This document shows positions 14,122 to 26,348 of a stretch of DNA of 39,380 nt, in pieces. The notes beneath the pieces are model-generated. The model ran no database searches. It had not been told where the DNA came from and worked only from the letters and a program-made list of their open reading frames with translations. Each line of letters opens with the position of its first letter. The stretch's first letter is position 1. Source of the stretch: Welwitschia mirabilis (taxonomy: Eukaryota); assembly GCA_051453625.1 (NCBI GenBank), contig JBOZIK010000001.1, positions 47,478,162-47,517,541 on the forward strand, read 5' to 3'. Both the position numbers and the translations under genes were made by a program.

Positions 14122-15630
14122 AACTAATTGCTAAGTCGATCAAGTGGGTATAGAAATGGAAGGATTTTAATTTGTTGTTAAGTGCATAAGTGGGGAAAAA
14201 TAATAATAAAGTAATAAATGTATTAAGGATGATCACATATTTAATGAGTCATTGCAAGTTTGATGTTAGTTTATCTTGTTTTCTACATTTATATGAATGT
14301 GATGTAGATTTTGGAGAAGTATGGTAAAGAGGCCTTTGGAAGGATACCATTGCAATAGAGTTACACACTAAAGATGGTATTTCTTATAAGGAGGAAATAT
14401 TATATGTTTAAAAGGTTTTATAAGGAATAATAGTTTGTAGGAAAAACATAATGAAGATAAGATAGGACATTATGAGGTGAACCAAAAAATGAGTTGATGA
14501 GGAGGAATTACTTTTGTCCTAACTTATAAAGGATTGTTAAAGAGCTAAAGGAGGATTTTCTAATGCAATATTACATATGCCATTAGTAGTTCCAATAAGA
14601 TCTTAAAAGAATGTAAGTATGGATTTCATTCTTGATTTACCTCATTCCAAAAGAGAGAACAATTCCATACTAGTTAATAAACTAGGTAAAATAATGCATT
14701 ATACTTTAAGTAGTAAGATAAATATTCCTCAATGGGATTGTTAGATTACATGGTTCACCTAAACTATTGTTTTAGCTAGAGATGTAAAATTTATAATACA
14801 TTATTGAAAAATTCTTTGAAAAACTAATAGGAATAAAGTTATAGTTTTCTTTGGCATATCATCCATAAATTAATTGTTAAATAAAAGTGATGAACTGAAG
14901 CACTAGAAACATACTTCAATGATTTTGTAATGGACATACAAAAATTTGAAAGGGTCATCTCTCTTATGTTGACTTTATAAACAACAACTCCATTAATAGA
15001 AGCATAGGGAAAAGACCATTTAAAGTGGTGTATGGACTCTGCTCAAGAACCTAAGGCTTGTTTGGAAATATAGAAGATCCATTAGTAAAAATACCTAAAT
15101 TTGCAACCAAAATTGCAAATCTTTTTAAATATATGCATATGCAACTTGATAAACAGATCTTGAAAGATGAGAAAAGGGTGAATCAACAAACATGATAAGT
15201 TGAGTTTGAAGAATGTCATATAGTCATGTCATAGATTTAAAAGAATAGATTTTAATAATAATTAATAATAAGTTGATGCATAGGAAGATTGACCCATGCA
15301 AGATTATGAAAAGAATTTTGTCAAATAATTTCTAGTTTAAACTTTTTAAAGTTATTAGCCTTCTTTAACTTTTAGTGTTGTATCTTTATTAAAGTATCAA
15401 GACAAGATGAAGAATGATAACAAATGAATAGAGGAATTATAGGAGATGATCAAAGATAAGGACAAGGTGTATGAATCATCCCCTATTTTAGACCAATGGA
15501 AGAAATATATAAGAAGGAAGTTCCATAATGAATACCCAACTTAAATGCAAAAGAACAAAAGGTACATGCATCTTGGATGTTAGAAAAAGATTTACAAGTT
15601 AAACATGATATAGAAGAGTAGTACTACTAA
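12377..15630 (+). pseudogene. CRM-like gag end and pol relic (PR, RT, RNase H, integrase, chromodomain)
   Basis: PR ~12675-12850. RT ~13090-13750 (QLLDKGLVNES, DLKSG, TPFNLTNASNT, FMNDICI). RH ~13850-14230 (YEKELYAI). INT ~14430-15310 (VSMDFILDLP, HGSPKTIVLARDVKF, AYHP, PFKVVYG). Heavily disabled. Confidence 0.9.
14083..14118. repeat. (TA)n microsatellite inside the RNase H relic
   Basis: Directly visible. Confidence 0.95.
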
Positions 15631-15689
15631 TGTCATAGTTTACATTTAAGCAACAAATGATAGTGGAAGAGAATCCTTTGGTAAAATAT

Positions 15690-16290
15690 AATAAATAATT
15701 TAAGTCAGAAGAGCCTAAATTATTTAGCTATTGAACTTTTGATTTCTAATGGTTAAAATTGTAATTTTCATGTATAAAATTTAGGCCTAAGATATAAAGC
15801 TATTTTTAAGTATAAAAAACATTGTGGAGCCTTTTTTTAGGCCAAATGATGGAATATCATACTACAACTAGCTCAAACATGAAATGGTAAGGTATTTACT
15901 GAATGTGACTCAAATGATGAAGTTATATCCAAATTTGTGAATACATTAGTTTTGGTAATGTTTAGGAATGAATTCTTATAATCATTAGGACTAACTTAAA
16001 ATATTATAAGAGGAAGTAGTGGAGATTTTCATTTCATGATGATAGGAGTTTGATTTGGAGTTAGAAGCTAATGATGAAAGGATGTTTTCAAGAGGCTTAT
16101 GCTTCAAAAAATATCATAAGCTTGTGTTTTATGTAGTATTTTTTATTTATAGAAATTCCATTCATTGATTTGTTTTAATGTTGTTATTGTATTTTTAGTT
16201 TTGCCTTTCCTAAGCTAGATTTTGGGGCTTTTTTTATGTGACTTAACATTCATAAGAAGGCTATATTAAATCCTGTAAAATATAATAGTA
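15690..16290 (+). repeat. Probable 3' LTR of the CRM-like element (boundaries approximate)
   Basis: Follows 'gaagagaatcctttgg', which resembles the CRM pre-PPT motif, and has a TATA-like 'attataag' near 16002. No partner LTR in the window to confirm it. Confidence 0.4.
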
Positions 16291-17713
16291 TATAACAATG
16301 AACACAAGACACATGAAATATGTAATAAAGTTACATGTGGAATCATTCCTAGATTAATGCCTAATTATGTTAAAAGTAAATTGCTTATGATCATAATCAA
16401 TATCATTGACATTATAGATTCATTCCTTAATTGTCAACAAAATGCACATCATAGGAAAGCCAAGTATGATTCTAGGACTAATGCTTATTCATAATGAAAT
16501 ACTAAATGACTAATAATTAACAAATTATTCATAATAGAAATAAAACAATTGAGATGGCTTATTCTTCATAAGAGAAAGAAGACAAATAAGATGATCTATT
16601 CTCATAGAATATTTCTAAACATTCATCCAAATTTATAGCAAAAGAAAAATGTAAAATTAAGACATGTTCACATGGGAAGATCACAAAATATTTAAGAAAG
16701 CTCTTTTGATTCATTTTGAATTTAAAACCTTACATCCATGCTAATAACAAAATAACTCAACACTAGAAATAAATAAGTATCACTTTATGCATTTAGTTCC
16801 CTAGAAATAATGACAAAAAAAACTACTTGTAATATATGTGTAGTAGATAGTTGATATGAGATTATATGTGAGCATTCTAAAAATCATCTAATACACAAAT
16901 TGGTATAGAAAGCATTATAAAAATAACTTGATAAGAATCTCTTAGATAATTGTAAATGATAGTATGTACACAAGTATCATATATGCTATAAAATGGAGGT
17001 ATTTTACTAATGNNNNNNNNNNNNNNNNNNNNNNNNNNNNNNNNNNNNNNNNNNNNNNNNNNNNNNNNNNNNNNNNNNNNNNNNNNNNNNNNNNNNNNNN
17101 NNNNNNNNNNNNNNNNNNNNNNNNNNNNNNNNNNNNNNNNNNNNNNNNNNNNNNNNNNNNNNNNNNNNNNNNNNNNNNNNNNNNNNNNNNNNNNNNNNNN
17201 NNNNNNNNNNNNNNNNNNNNNNNNNNNNNNNNNNNNNNNNNNNNNNNNNNNNNNNNNNNNNNNNNNNNNNNNNNNNNNNNNNNNNNNNNNNNNNNNNNNN
17301 NNNNNNNNNNNNNNNNNNNNNNNNNNNNNNNNNNNNNNNNNNNNNNNNNNNNNNNNNNNNNNNNNNNNNNNNNNNNNNNNNNNNNNNNNNNNNNNNNNNN
17401 NNNNNNNNNNNNNNNNNNNNNNNNNNNNNNNNNNNNNNNNNNNNNNNNNNNNNNNNNNNNNNNNNNNNNNNNNNNNNNNNNNNNNNNNNNNNNNNNNNNN
17501 NNNNNNNNNNNNNNNNNNNNNNNNNNNNNNNNNNNNNNNNNNNNNNNNNNNNNNNNNNNNNNNNNNNNNNNNNNNNNNNNNNNNNNNNNNNNNNNNNNNN
17601 NNNNNNNNNNNNNNNNNNNNNNNNNNNNNNNNNNNNNNNNNNNNNNNNNNNNNNNNNNNNNTGTCATAATAATATGATTAAAAAAATATTTATCACTATT
17701 ACATAAAAATGCA

Positions 17714-18176
17714 TGTTTGGTAAAATCCTATTTTGATGATTTTACTTGTCAAATAGAATATGCATTTATGTATAGATAGGTTATGAAAGATGTTCATCAT
17801 AATTGACATGACTAATATAAGAAAGATCACAGTCAAGTAAAGTTAGTCTCAAAGGAATAAAATGAGTCACTTACATAAAATTAAAGTTAGTCTTGAAGTA
17901 ATAAAACGAGTCACTCATATAAAATTAGCAATGCTTCAAATCCTTGAAGATGTAGTTTAGAGTTGTTAAAGTTTGGATAAAATTAACCATAGACATTTGT
18001 AGTATTAAAGATGTTTAAAAAAAGATATCTATAAAGATGAAGACATCTATAATGACATTAGACGTGAAATAGAAGGGAGATGTCTATCAGTTAGGATACA
18101 TCTATGCTAAACTCTTTGATAGAAGAAGACATCTATGGTAAACTAAAAATTGGTAACAAGAGATAGGTTGTGTTAG
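17714..18176 (+). repeat. SIRE-like 5' LTR, first part
   Basis: TG start, AGACRTCT motif cluster, ends in the GTTAG TSD. Confidence 0.65.
17838..17925 (+). repeat. 44-bp tandem duplication
   Basis: taaagttagtctcaaaggaataaaatgagtcacttacataaaat followed by taaagttagtcttgaagtaataaaacgagtcactcatataaaat. Confidence 0.9.
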
Positions 18177-18438
18177 TATTAACATGTAAAAATTAACATT
18201 TAGACCAAGCATATTTGATCAATTTATCATAAGTAAAAAAATTAAAATAGTTATTTTATAATAAAATTATGTCTTTAACCATTTTATACATGATTTGTAA
18301 AATTATAAACTTTTCCATGAAAATTTAAGTTAATTACTACCTTTTAAAAAACATGCTAAAAATTGAAGGAAATCCAATAGAAAACACATTCATCTAAAGC
18401 TATGTTATAATATTTTTATGGAAAATGTGATTGTAGTC

Positions 18439-19367
18439 ATCATCCCCTTAGTTATCCTCATGACAGTCAAAAGACATCTAAAATGGCTAGCTGATCTTCA
18501 TCCATTTTATCTATTTCTTTCTTAGATTTGAATGCATTTTTCAGCTCATTTTGTATGATGTCTTTACCTTCTTCACCCTATACATAAACCCCTTCCTCAA
18601 CTCTCTTATCCATATTCAATGCATTAGATATTCTCATGATAGAAGATTGAATGATGAGAGATCCATCTTATGAGTTGTAGAAAGACATTTTCTTGGTGAA
18701 GGTTTGTGCATCCTCCATTGAGGTTTGGCTATTTTGTAGCCTGGATGATGGTTCTCCCACCCTTAAATTTGTTGTTACAAGAATGTCTAGTGCATGAAAG
18801 GTGGATAGGAGAGTCGAGGCAAGGGTTTATTTATAGGGCAAAGAAGGAGAAACTATCACAAAAAATGCACTAAAAAACATGCTTAAATCCAAGAAAGAAA
18901 TGAATGAAATGGATGAAGGTAGCCTGCCCATTTCAAGTGTTGTCTTGACTATCATGGGGACAACCAAGGGAATGATGGTATATGAATTATGTTTGTCATC
19001 TTGCATGTCATGGAGATGATCATGGAGATAACACTTACTTTCAACTTAATCCACATCAGCATACATTGGCATTTCTACACAGCATGTGTAGTGATGTCAT
19101 CCTGGTTATCATGGGGACAATAGAGGGGATGATAGTCCTCATTATCTTTTCAACTGAAGAGAAGTATGCCTTTTTATTAGTGATCTTCCTCCAAGGTACC
19201 GAGCATTAAAAAGTACCCAAAATGCCTCTAAACATGCCAAGAATTGACTTTTCTATGATCATCTATCATCTCTTCATAATCCTCAGAATTACATCTAAAC
19301 CTGTATAAATGTCCTACAAAATAGCTCATAACACCTCATCAAATACATACAATTTGGTAGTGCATCA
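18439..19367. mobile_element. Rearranged (fold-back) LTR fragments related to the Athila-like LTR
   Basis: Minus strand from 19367 reads tgatgcactacc... and aligns with the start of the 1300 LTR. Plus-strand 18650-18745 aligns with ~1910-2005. Arms 18439-18667 and 18747-18978 are inverted copies. Confidence 0.8.
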
Positions 19368-20693
19368 TAGTATTATAGTGATAAGGATTTAAACCAAGTT
19401 AAAAACTTAGTTACCATTCTTCCATAGAGATAATGAAGGGTGGCTAAATAAAATTTACACAAACTCTTGATAACTTATAAGTTAAAAAAAGTAAAAAAGA
19501 AAAGAAAAAAGAAGATGATAAATGTTGTAAAACTTCATAAGAAAAGTGGGAAGTAAGAAAGATTTAAGGATTGCCAGATTTATCCTCTTGCAGATCCTCA
19601 CTCAGCTATATACAGACCATTAAGTGTAAAGACTCAAGTTACGGTGATATAATCTCATTTATCATTTGAGTGTTGATGAATTTTATTACCATTGATTCCA
19701 TATCCTTATAATAAAAATGGAAAGCACAAATTAATTCTGCATAAGGTCTATGAAATTACTAAGACTATGAACCAATTAACTTAATTAAATTCACTTAATT
19801 AACCAAAGTAAAACTTGAAAGTACATTATTTCTTAAACATTTCTAGTATAAACTAAATTAAAACTAGCAATAAAAACAAACAACTCCTTAGTATTAAATA
19901 AAAAAATGTACATTATATCAAAGATGAAGAAAGTAGAAAGGAATTCTCAAGCTCCTTGAAAATAATCTCATTCCCCAAGGAAGTACTCAAAATGCCACTA
20001 CACCTTGACACTCTAAAGGTTTTATGTTTTGTTTAAATGAAGGATGTTTACAATGAGGGACTCAAGGCCCTTTTATACGTGAGCATGGGGGTGAGGGATG
20101 GTCATAGGCCCTTGGCTTATAACATTAGATGGATAGTTATATAATGATAACATTAGGTAGGGTAGTTTGTTACTTTTTACATTGGATAGAAATTCTTATA
20201 ACAATGTCAACACTTGGCTTTTAGATGCTGCAACTACCCTCAACCACTATCATTATCATGTGTCTCCACTGTTATCCTACTTAGTAAAACCACATGTCAC
20301 TATTTTGAGTCCTCATCACCACCACCACATGTTCTCAAGAATGCAATTTATTTTTGATGTGGAATACGATTAAGCCCATGACTGCATTTAATTTAATTCA
20401 TTATGACAAATCAAGAACATAAGAATTGAAGTGTTCTACACTCATAAACTGGCAGCACTGGTAGTACTAGATAGTGGCACTGACATTCTAGCTTAGATGA
20501 TCATCAAACTTTAGCATACCCTTCAAAATGCATTAAATACCTTAAAAATGTTATGGACAAATGATAAGTCCATAATTATTGTAAAAATTAACAGAGGACA
20601 TGTTTTTATACTAAAATTGATTATGTTAATGTTTTTCATTAAGATAAATTAGTTAATTAACTTAATTGTAATGTCAATTTTTACATGTTAACA
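19368..20693 (-). repeat. 3' LTR of element X (main part)
   Basis: Direct repeat of 25005-26348. Minus-strand start TGTTAACATG. Confidence 0.9.
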
Positions 20694-23199
20694 CATTGTC
20701 TAATTAGACTTTTGCTAGTGGTTTAGAAAAAAATTGATACGAAATGATTAGACATGGAAAAATTATCTAAGTTGAAGTTCTTAAGTGTGAAAATGATGTA
20801 AATCTAAAAAATGTTATGATCAATTTTCTATAATTAATGTATTAAAATAAAAATTTGTTTAAAGACAGATGCCATACCCCCAACTAAAACTAAATTTTGT
20901 CCTCAAATTTATATGGTAAAAAGTGCTAAAATTTCTTTTAAGAACATAGTTTTAGAATGATTACGATGAGTCATTTTAATAAAAATTGAAAATTGATATA
21001 GTTAAGATATGAAAGGAAAAAATAATGTAAATGATTATTTTATTTCTTTCTAAAAATCCTAAGTAAAGAGCTAAATCTTAGAAAGTTTATTTTGTTGAGG
21101 TGGGGGTGAGGTGAAATGGATGATGGAGGTAGGTAAGAAAATTAGAGTTAACTATTAACTAATAAATAAATCAATAAATCTACCTAAGTTAATGGAATTT
21201 ATTATATTTTTGTATTTTTAAATAGACCTTAATATCAAATAAGTATATTTTTGACTAAGTAACTTATAAGAATCTAAGAAATCATAGCAAATCCTAAGTA
21301 TGAAAGTTAAACACAAAAAATTATAGAAAGACTCTGATTTTCACTTTTTTCATTCCTTTGTTTTTTATTTCTACAACATATATGTCCTTAGTCTAAGTCT
21401 TTGAATCATATTAAGCATATAGTGTTATGACATTTTCTACCAATAATTAAGCATGTTATTTTATGTAGAAACTACTATTGCAGTGCTAGTTGAGCATTTA
21501 TGTCCCTAATGCAGTTGATTATGTCATAATTAGATTAATAGATTTGCATTACTAGTAAGCATTTATAGCCTTAATATAATTAACTAAACCCAAGTAAGTG
21601 ATTAATGTTATGTGTGTTTAGAAAAGAGATGTTAATTTCTTTTTTGTTCATCTTCTTATATTCATTTTTATGCATGTTAAAGGGGTAATTGACTCATTAG
21701 AATAATCAAGATAAATCTTGTCCTCATCAAAGGACTTAGAATTAAGGAACATACTAAGTTTTACTAAAATGAAAACCATAAATGAATGTGCTATTAATAG
21801 TTAAACACAAAAATAACATAAAACTTTCTTAAAAACCTGTAAGTGTACTTAATCTTGACTATTGCTTAAGTGATAATGAGATCACTTATTATTTATTTTT
21901 TATTTAAGATCATTAACTTAGATTTGTAAGTCTCAAGAACTCATAGATAAATAGCCAAGTCAAATGGTTTATTAGTTTAGTGGAGTTATTAGAAGATGAA
22001 ATGGATGAATGAAAGGACTTGGAGGAGGAAAGTGGGAAATCCCTAAGTGAAGGAGTTTAAGATGATGATTATAAAAATGAAAGCACTTGTGAGGTTTTAA
22101 TCAAGATAGACCATCAAGAACACATGTTTTTAAGTCTTTTATTTTTTTCCAAGAGAGATCAAACTTAAAAGAAAAATCTATCTTAAAAGAAGACTCTAAC
22201 TTAAAAGCTAAAAAGTTTTTGAGGTAATGTACACATGGAGGCCTAAGATTATGGAAATNNNNNNNNNNNNNNNNNNNNNNNNNNNNNNNNNNNNNNNNNN
22301 NNNNNNNNNNNNNNNNNNNNNNNNNNNNNNNNNNNNNNNNNNNNNNNNNNNNNNNNNNNNNNNNNNNNNNNNNNNNNNNNNNNNNNNNNNNNNNNNNNNN
22401 NNNNNNNNNNNNNNNNNNNNNNNNNNNNNNNNNNNNNNNNNNNNNNNNNNNNNNNNNNNNNNNNNNNNNNNNNNNNNNNNNNNNNNNNNNNNNNNNNNNN
22501 NNNNNNNNNNNNNNNNNNNNNNNNNNNNNNNNNNNNNNNNNNNNNNNNNNNNNNNNNNNNNNNNNNNNNNNNNNNNNNNNNNNNNNNNNNNNNNNNNNNN
22601 NNNNNNNNNNNNNNNNNNNNNNNNNNNNNNNNNNNNNNNNNNNNNNNNNNNNNNNNNNNNNNNNNNNNNNNNNNNNNNNNNNNNNNNNNNNNNNNNNNNN
22701 NNNNNNNNNNNNNNNNNNNNNNNNNNNNNNNNNNNNNNNNNNNNNNNNNNNNNNNNNNNNNNNNNNNNNNNNNNNNNNNNNNNNNNNNNNNNNNNNNNNN
22801 NNNNNNNNNNNNNNNNNNNNNNNNNNNNNNNNNNNNNNNNNNNNNNNNNNNNNNNNNNNNNNNNNNNNNNNNNNNNNNNNNNNNNNNNNNNNNNNNNNNN
22901 NNNNNNNNNNNNNNNNNNNNNNNNNNNNNNNNNNNNNNNNNNNNNNNNNNNNNNNNNNNNNNNNNNNNNNNNNNNNNNNNNNNNNNNNNNNNNNNNNNNN
23001 NNNNNNNNNGGCTTATGTGATTAAGATCAGTAGTAGTCCATTTCTTAGCAGTCTATCATTGGTGGTTTAGAGAATTTCTTATTCAAATCGTTAAACCCAA
23101 AATACAGTGGTTCTATTTATGTTTGATCAGGAACTCTTGCAAGACATCATTTTAGGGAGAAGACGAAAATGAATTGAAAAAGTAATGATATTTAAAAGT

Positions 23200-24240
23200 T
23201 TGTTTTAATTATACAGAAGTTTTATCTTCCTTATTAAGGCTTGGATCTTGCTTAATAAATAAAGGATAAGATGAAATAGTTGACTCATTAAGTTATTGAT
23301 AAAGAGATGAAGATGGATTATGAAAAGGTTATTTGCTGATGTTTTCTTCCTTACTATGGGATTCCTCTGTAAGTGATAATGGCTTGAAGTAATTGCTCTC
23401 TTTGTTGATGTTACTTACTGACTTATCGTTTATAGAATTCTTTAAGGTATATAACTCCTCAAATGGTTGTTCATCTCTTAAATCATACTCTGATATGTTT
23501 AACCATACTCTAAAATATAGATTTATTATAGATAATTAACCATTGAGTACTACATTTCTAAACTCAAGATCCTCATGAATTTTCTCATTCATTTTTTTCA
23601 TTTCCAATGGATGTGACTTAAGTATCATTTGTATTACTATTCTTAATTCTTTCAAAAATTTTGAGGCTCTTAGATTCATGGATTGGAGGAAGATATTATT
23701 TTTATTAAATAAGGATTCCCATGACTGAAGCATTAGTTTGGACAATCTGTTAGAGGATCTGGATTTGACTTTAAAAACTTTTCTTAAGATTACTTAAGAA
23801 AGAAAAGTGTTATTTAAAAATTGTTTCATAGTAATTGTTAATTTTGTCTTATGCCTCCATGAATTTTCTAACTAACTTCTCAAAGGAGGTGGATGAAGGT
23901 TATTGTTACATGAAGAAAGATGGTTGGTAAAGATAAGGATCATGTTACATCATAGAACGTGTGGGGTCAAACTGTTATTGAAAAAAGGTATTTCAAATTC
24001 AAAGAAGGGAGTTTAATTGGTATGAGGAGGGTGTTAGTCAAATGAATATGAAAAAAAGGGTGAAGGATAAGTGCTATTACAATTGTATCAGATGAAGTCC
24101 TCTAAGGTTTTCTTAAGCTGAATGTCATCTCCTATACTTTTAGGTTGAGAATAACTAGGTATGTTATAGGAATTATCATAGTTTTCATAGGCAAAGTAGG
24201 ATTCAAAAGGTTTTTTGAATGGCTTATGCACACCCAACTC
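23200..24240 (-). pseudogene. Orphan ORF relic of element X (possibly derived from the Gag C-terminal region)
   Basis: PFESYFAYENYDNSYN, IQLKKTLEDFI, EFEIPFF and PSSTSFEKLVRKFMEA* align with the peptides in Y. Confidence 0.5.
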
Positions 24241-24974
24241 ATGTTAAAATTTTCTTAAAAAATAAATTATAAAATTAGATAAAAGGTTATTCTTTCTTTA
24301 GTTTTTACAGAAACAAAGGAGGTCTAAGATCAGAAAGTTTGTATAGAGTGGAGGAAAGGCTTTCTCTAAAGTGTGAGAATGTTTTGCATGAAATAGCTAG
24401 TGTTGCTAGTCAAGGAAGTGACGGTGCTAGTTAGGATAAGACTTAGCACTTATAAAAAAGATTTAAGAATTCATGCAATTATCACAAAGTGTTCACTATT
24501 ACAAGGTTTCAGAAAAAATAAAATAGAAATAAAAATGGGAAAGCATGCAAATCCACACTTAATGAAAATTAATTAATTTTTTATATTTTTAGTTTTTTAT
24601 CAGCTAGCTCACATGGAAAACCAAAATTAAAAACCAAAAAAAAAAAAAAATTTAAAGCATGCAAAGTGAGTTAATTCTTAGTTTTTCCATCCTTGGTTGT
24701 AACCTATAAAAACACTATTAGTACTACAACCAAATCAAGTTATAGTAAGAAAAGCTAAAGAACAACTCCAAAAGAACTATCTTAGATATCATTGAAAAGG
24801 ACAAGTACCAACCACTAGAAGGAAAAGATAAACAAACACATAAAGCAAAAGGAAAATGGGCCAATTAAGGTATCACTAGAAAGGACTAGTAACCACTACT
24901 GGAAAATAAAATCTAACTAAAAACTCATAAGAAAAAAAAGTTTATGCTTTTTCTAACTAGATACTATACCATTA

Positions 24975-24994
24975 TTCCCGATAATGGTACAAAA
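24975..24994 (-). promoter_or_regulatory. PBS of element X (tRNA-Asp type, degenerate)
   Basis: Reverse complement ttttgtaccattatcgggaa versus TTTTGGCGCCGTTGCCGGGGA: C>T/G>A changes plus a 1-bp deletion. Confidence 0.75.
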
Positions 24995-24997
24995 TTC

Positions 24998-26348
24998 TTA
25001 TTATATTTTATAGTGATCTAGATTTAAACCAAGTTAAAAACTTAGTTACCATTCTTTCATAGGGAGAATTGAAGTTGACTAAATAAAATTTATACAAACT
25101 GTTGCTAACTTGCAAGTTATAAAAAGAAAGAAAAATAAAAGGAAAAATAAGGAGATGAGCAATGTTGTAAAACTTCATAGGAAAAGTGAAAAGCAAGGTT
25201 CAAGGATTTTCCAATCCATCCTCCTATAAATCCTCACTCACTCATATGTAGTGTTAACTTGTAATAAACTTTAGATCTATAAAGGCTTAGATCATGATGA
25301 CATAATCTCATTCACCATTTGAGTGCTAGTGAATTTAATTGTTATTGATCCCATAGTCTTAAAATAAAAATGGAAAGTACATACTAACTCTGCACAAGAT
25401 CTATAAAAGTGCTAATTTTATGAAGTAATTAACATAATCAAATTCACTTAGTTAACCAAAGTAAAACTTGATAGTAAATTATCCCCTAAGTATTCTCGAT
25501 GAAAACTAAATTGAGATTAGTAATCAAAAGAAAGAACTCCTTAGTATTAAATGAAAAAAATGTACATTACATCAAAGATGAAGGAAGTAGAAAAGACTCC
25601 TTAGCTCCTTGAAAATAAACTTACTTCTTAAGGAAGTACTCAGAAGGCCATTATGAACTCCAAAAGTTTTGTACTTTACCTAAATAAAGGATATTTACAA
25701 TGAGGGACTTAAGCCCCTTTCATAGTTGAGCATGGGGGTGAGGGGTGGTTACAAGTCCTTACCTTATAGAATTAGATAGATGATTACATAATGATGATAT
25801 TAGAGAGGACAATTTGTCATCTTTTATATTTAATAGAAATTTTATGATTATGCCAACACTTAATTATTAAATGCTGTAGCTGCTACTAACCACTATTGTT
25901 GTCATGTATCTCCACAATCATCCTACTCAGCAATGCCACAAGTTACTATTGTGAGTCCTTGTAACCACTGCCATTTATCTCCATCATCATCCTACTAAGC
26001 AAGAATGCAATTTATTTTTGATGTGGAATTTGATCAATTCTATAGCTTCATTTGATTTAATTCTTAATGATAAATTAGAAATACAAGAATTAAAGTGTTT
26101 TACCCTCATAGATTGATGGCACTAGTAGTCTTGCATAGTGGTGTTGGCGTTCTAGCTTGGATGATCATCAAACTTTGACATATCCTTTAAAATTTATTAA
26201 ATACCTTGAAAATGTTATGGATAAATGATAAGTCCATAATTATTGTGAAAATAAATAGAAGAGATGTTTTTGTAATAAAATTGATTATGTTAATGTCTTT
26301 CATTAAGATAATTAATTTAATTACAATGTTAATTTTTACATATTAATA
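24998..26348 (-). repeat. 5' LTR of element X
   Basis: Direct repeat of 19368-20693, adjacent to the PBS. Confidence 0.9.

Larger units (their letters stand above)
677..16290 (+). mobile_element. Degenerate CRM-lineage Ty3/gypsy chromovirus, interrupted by the Athila-like element at 1300-12376
   Basis: Gag relic at 677-1299 resumes at 12377, followed by PR-RT-RH-INT-chromodomain order. CRM-type motifs KIIINGGS, PHPNPYHISW and MNACHLLLDKP. The 3' end is approximate. Confidence 0.8.
18428..26348 (-). mobile_element. Element X: non-autonomous Athila-related LTR element inserted in the 5' LTR of Y
   Basis: TSD aaatg (18423-18427) and aaatc (26349-26353); the uninterrupted site is seen at ~33641. 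5' LTR 24998-26348; 3' LTR 18428-20693 (interrupted). PBS at 24975-24994. Decayed PPT at 20694-20710 aligns with that of Y. Confidence 0.85.

Noticed and set aside
16942..17677. Three long overlapping ORFs
   Set aside because: They consist almost entirely of Ns.
19366..20698. Solo LTR with TSD catag/cattg
   Set aside because: The right flank aligns with Y's PPT region and a partner LTR plus PBS lie at 24975-26348, so it is X's 3' LTR and the 4/5 match is coincidental.
22227..23024. 265-aa ORF
   Set aside because: It spans an N gap and is an artefact.
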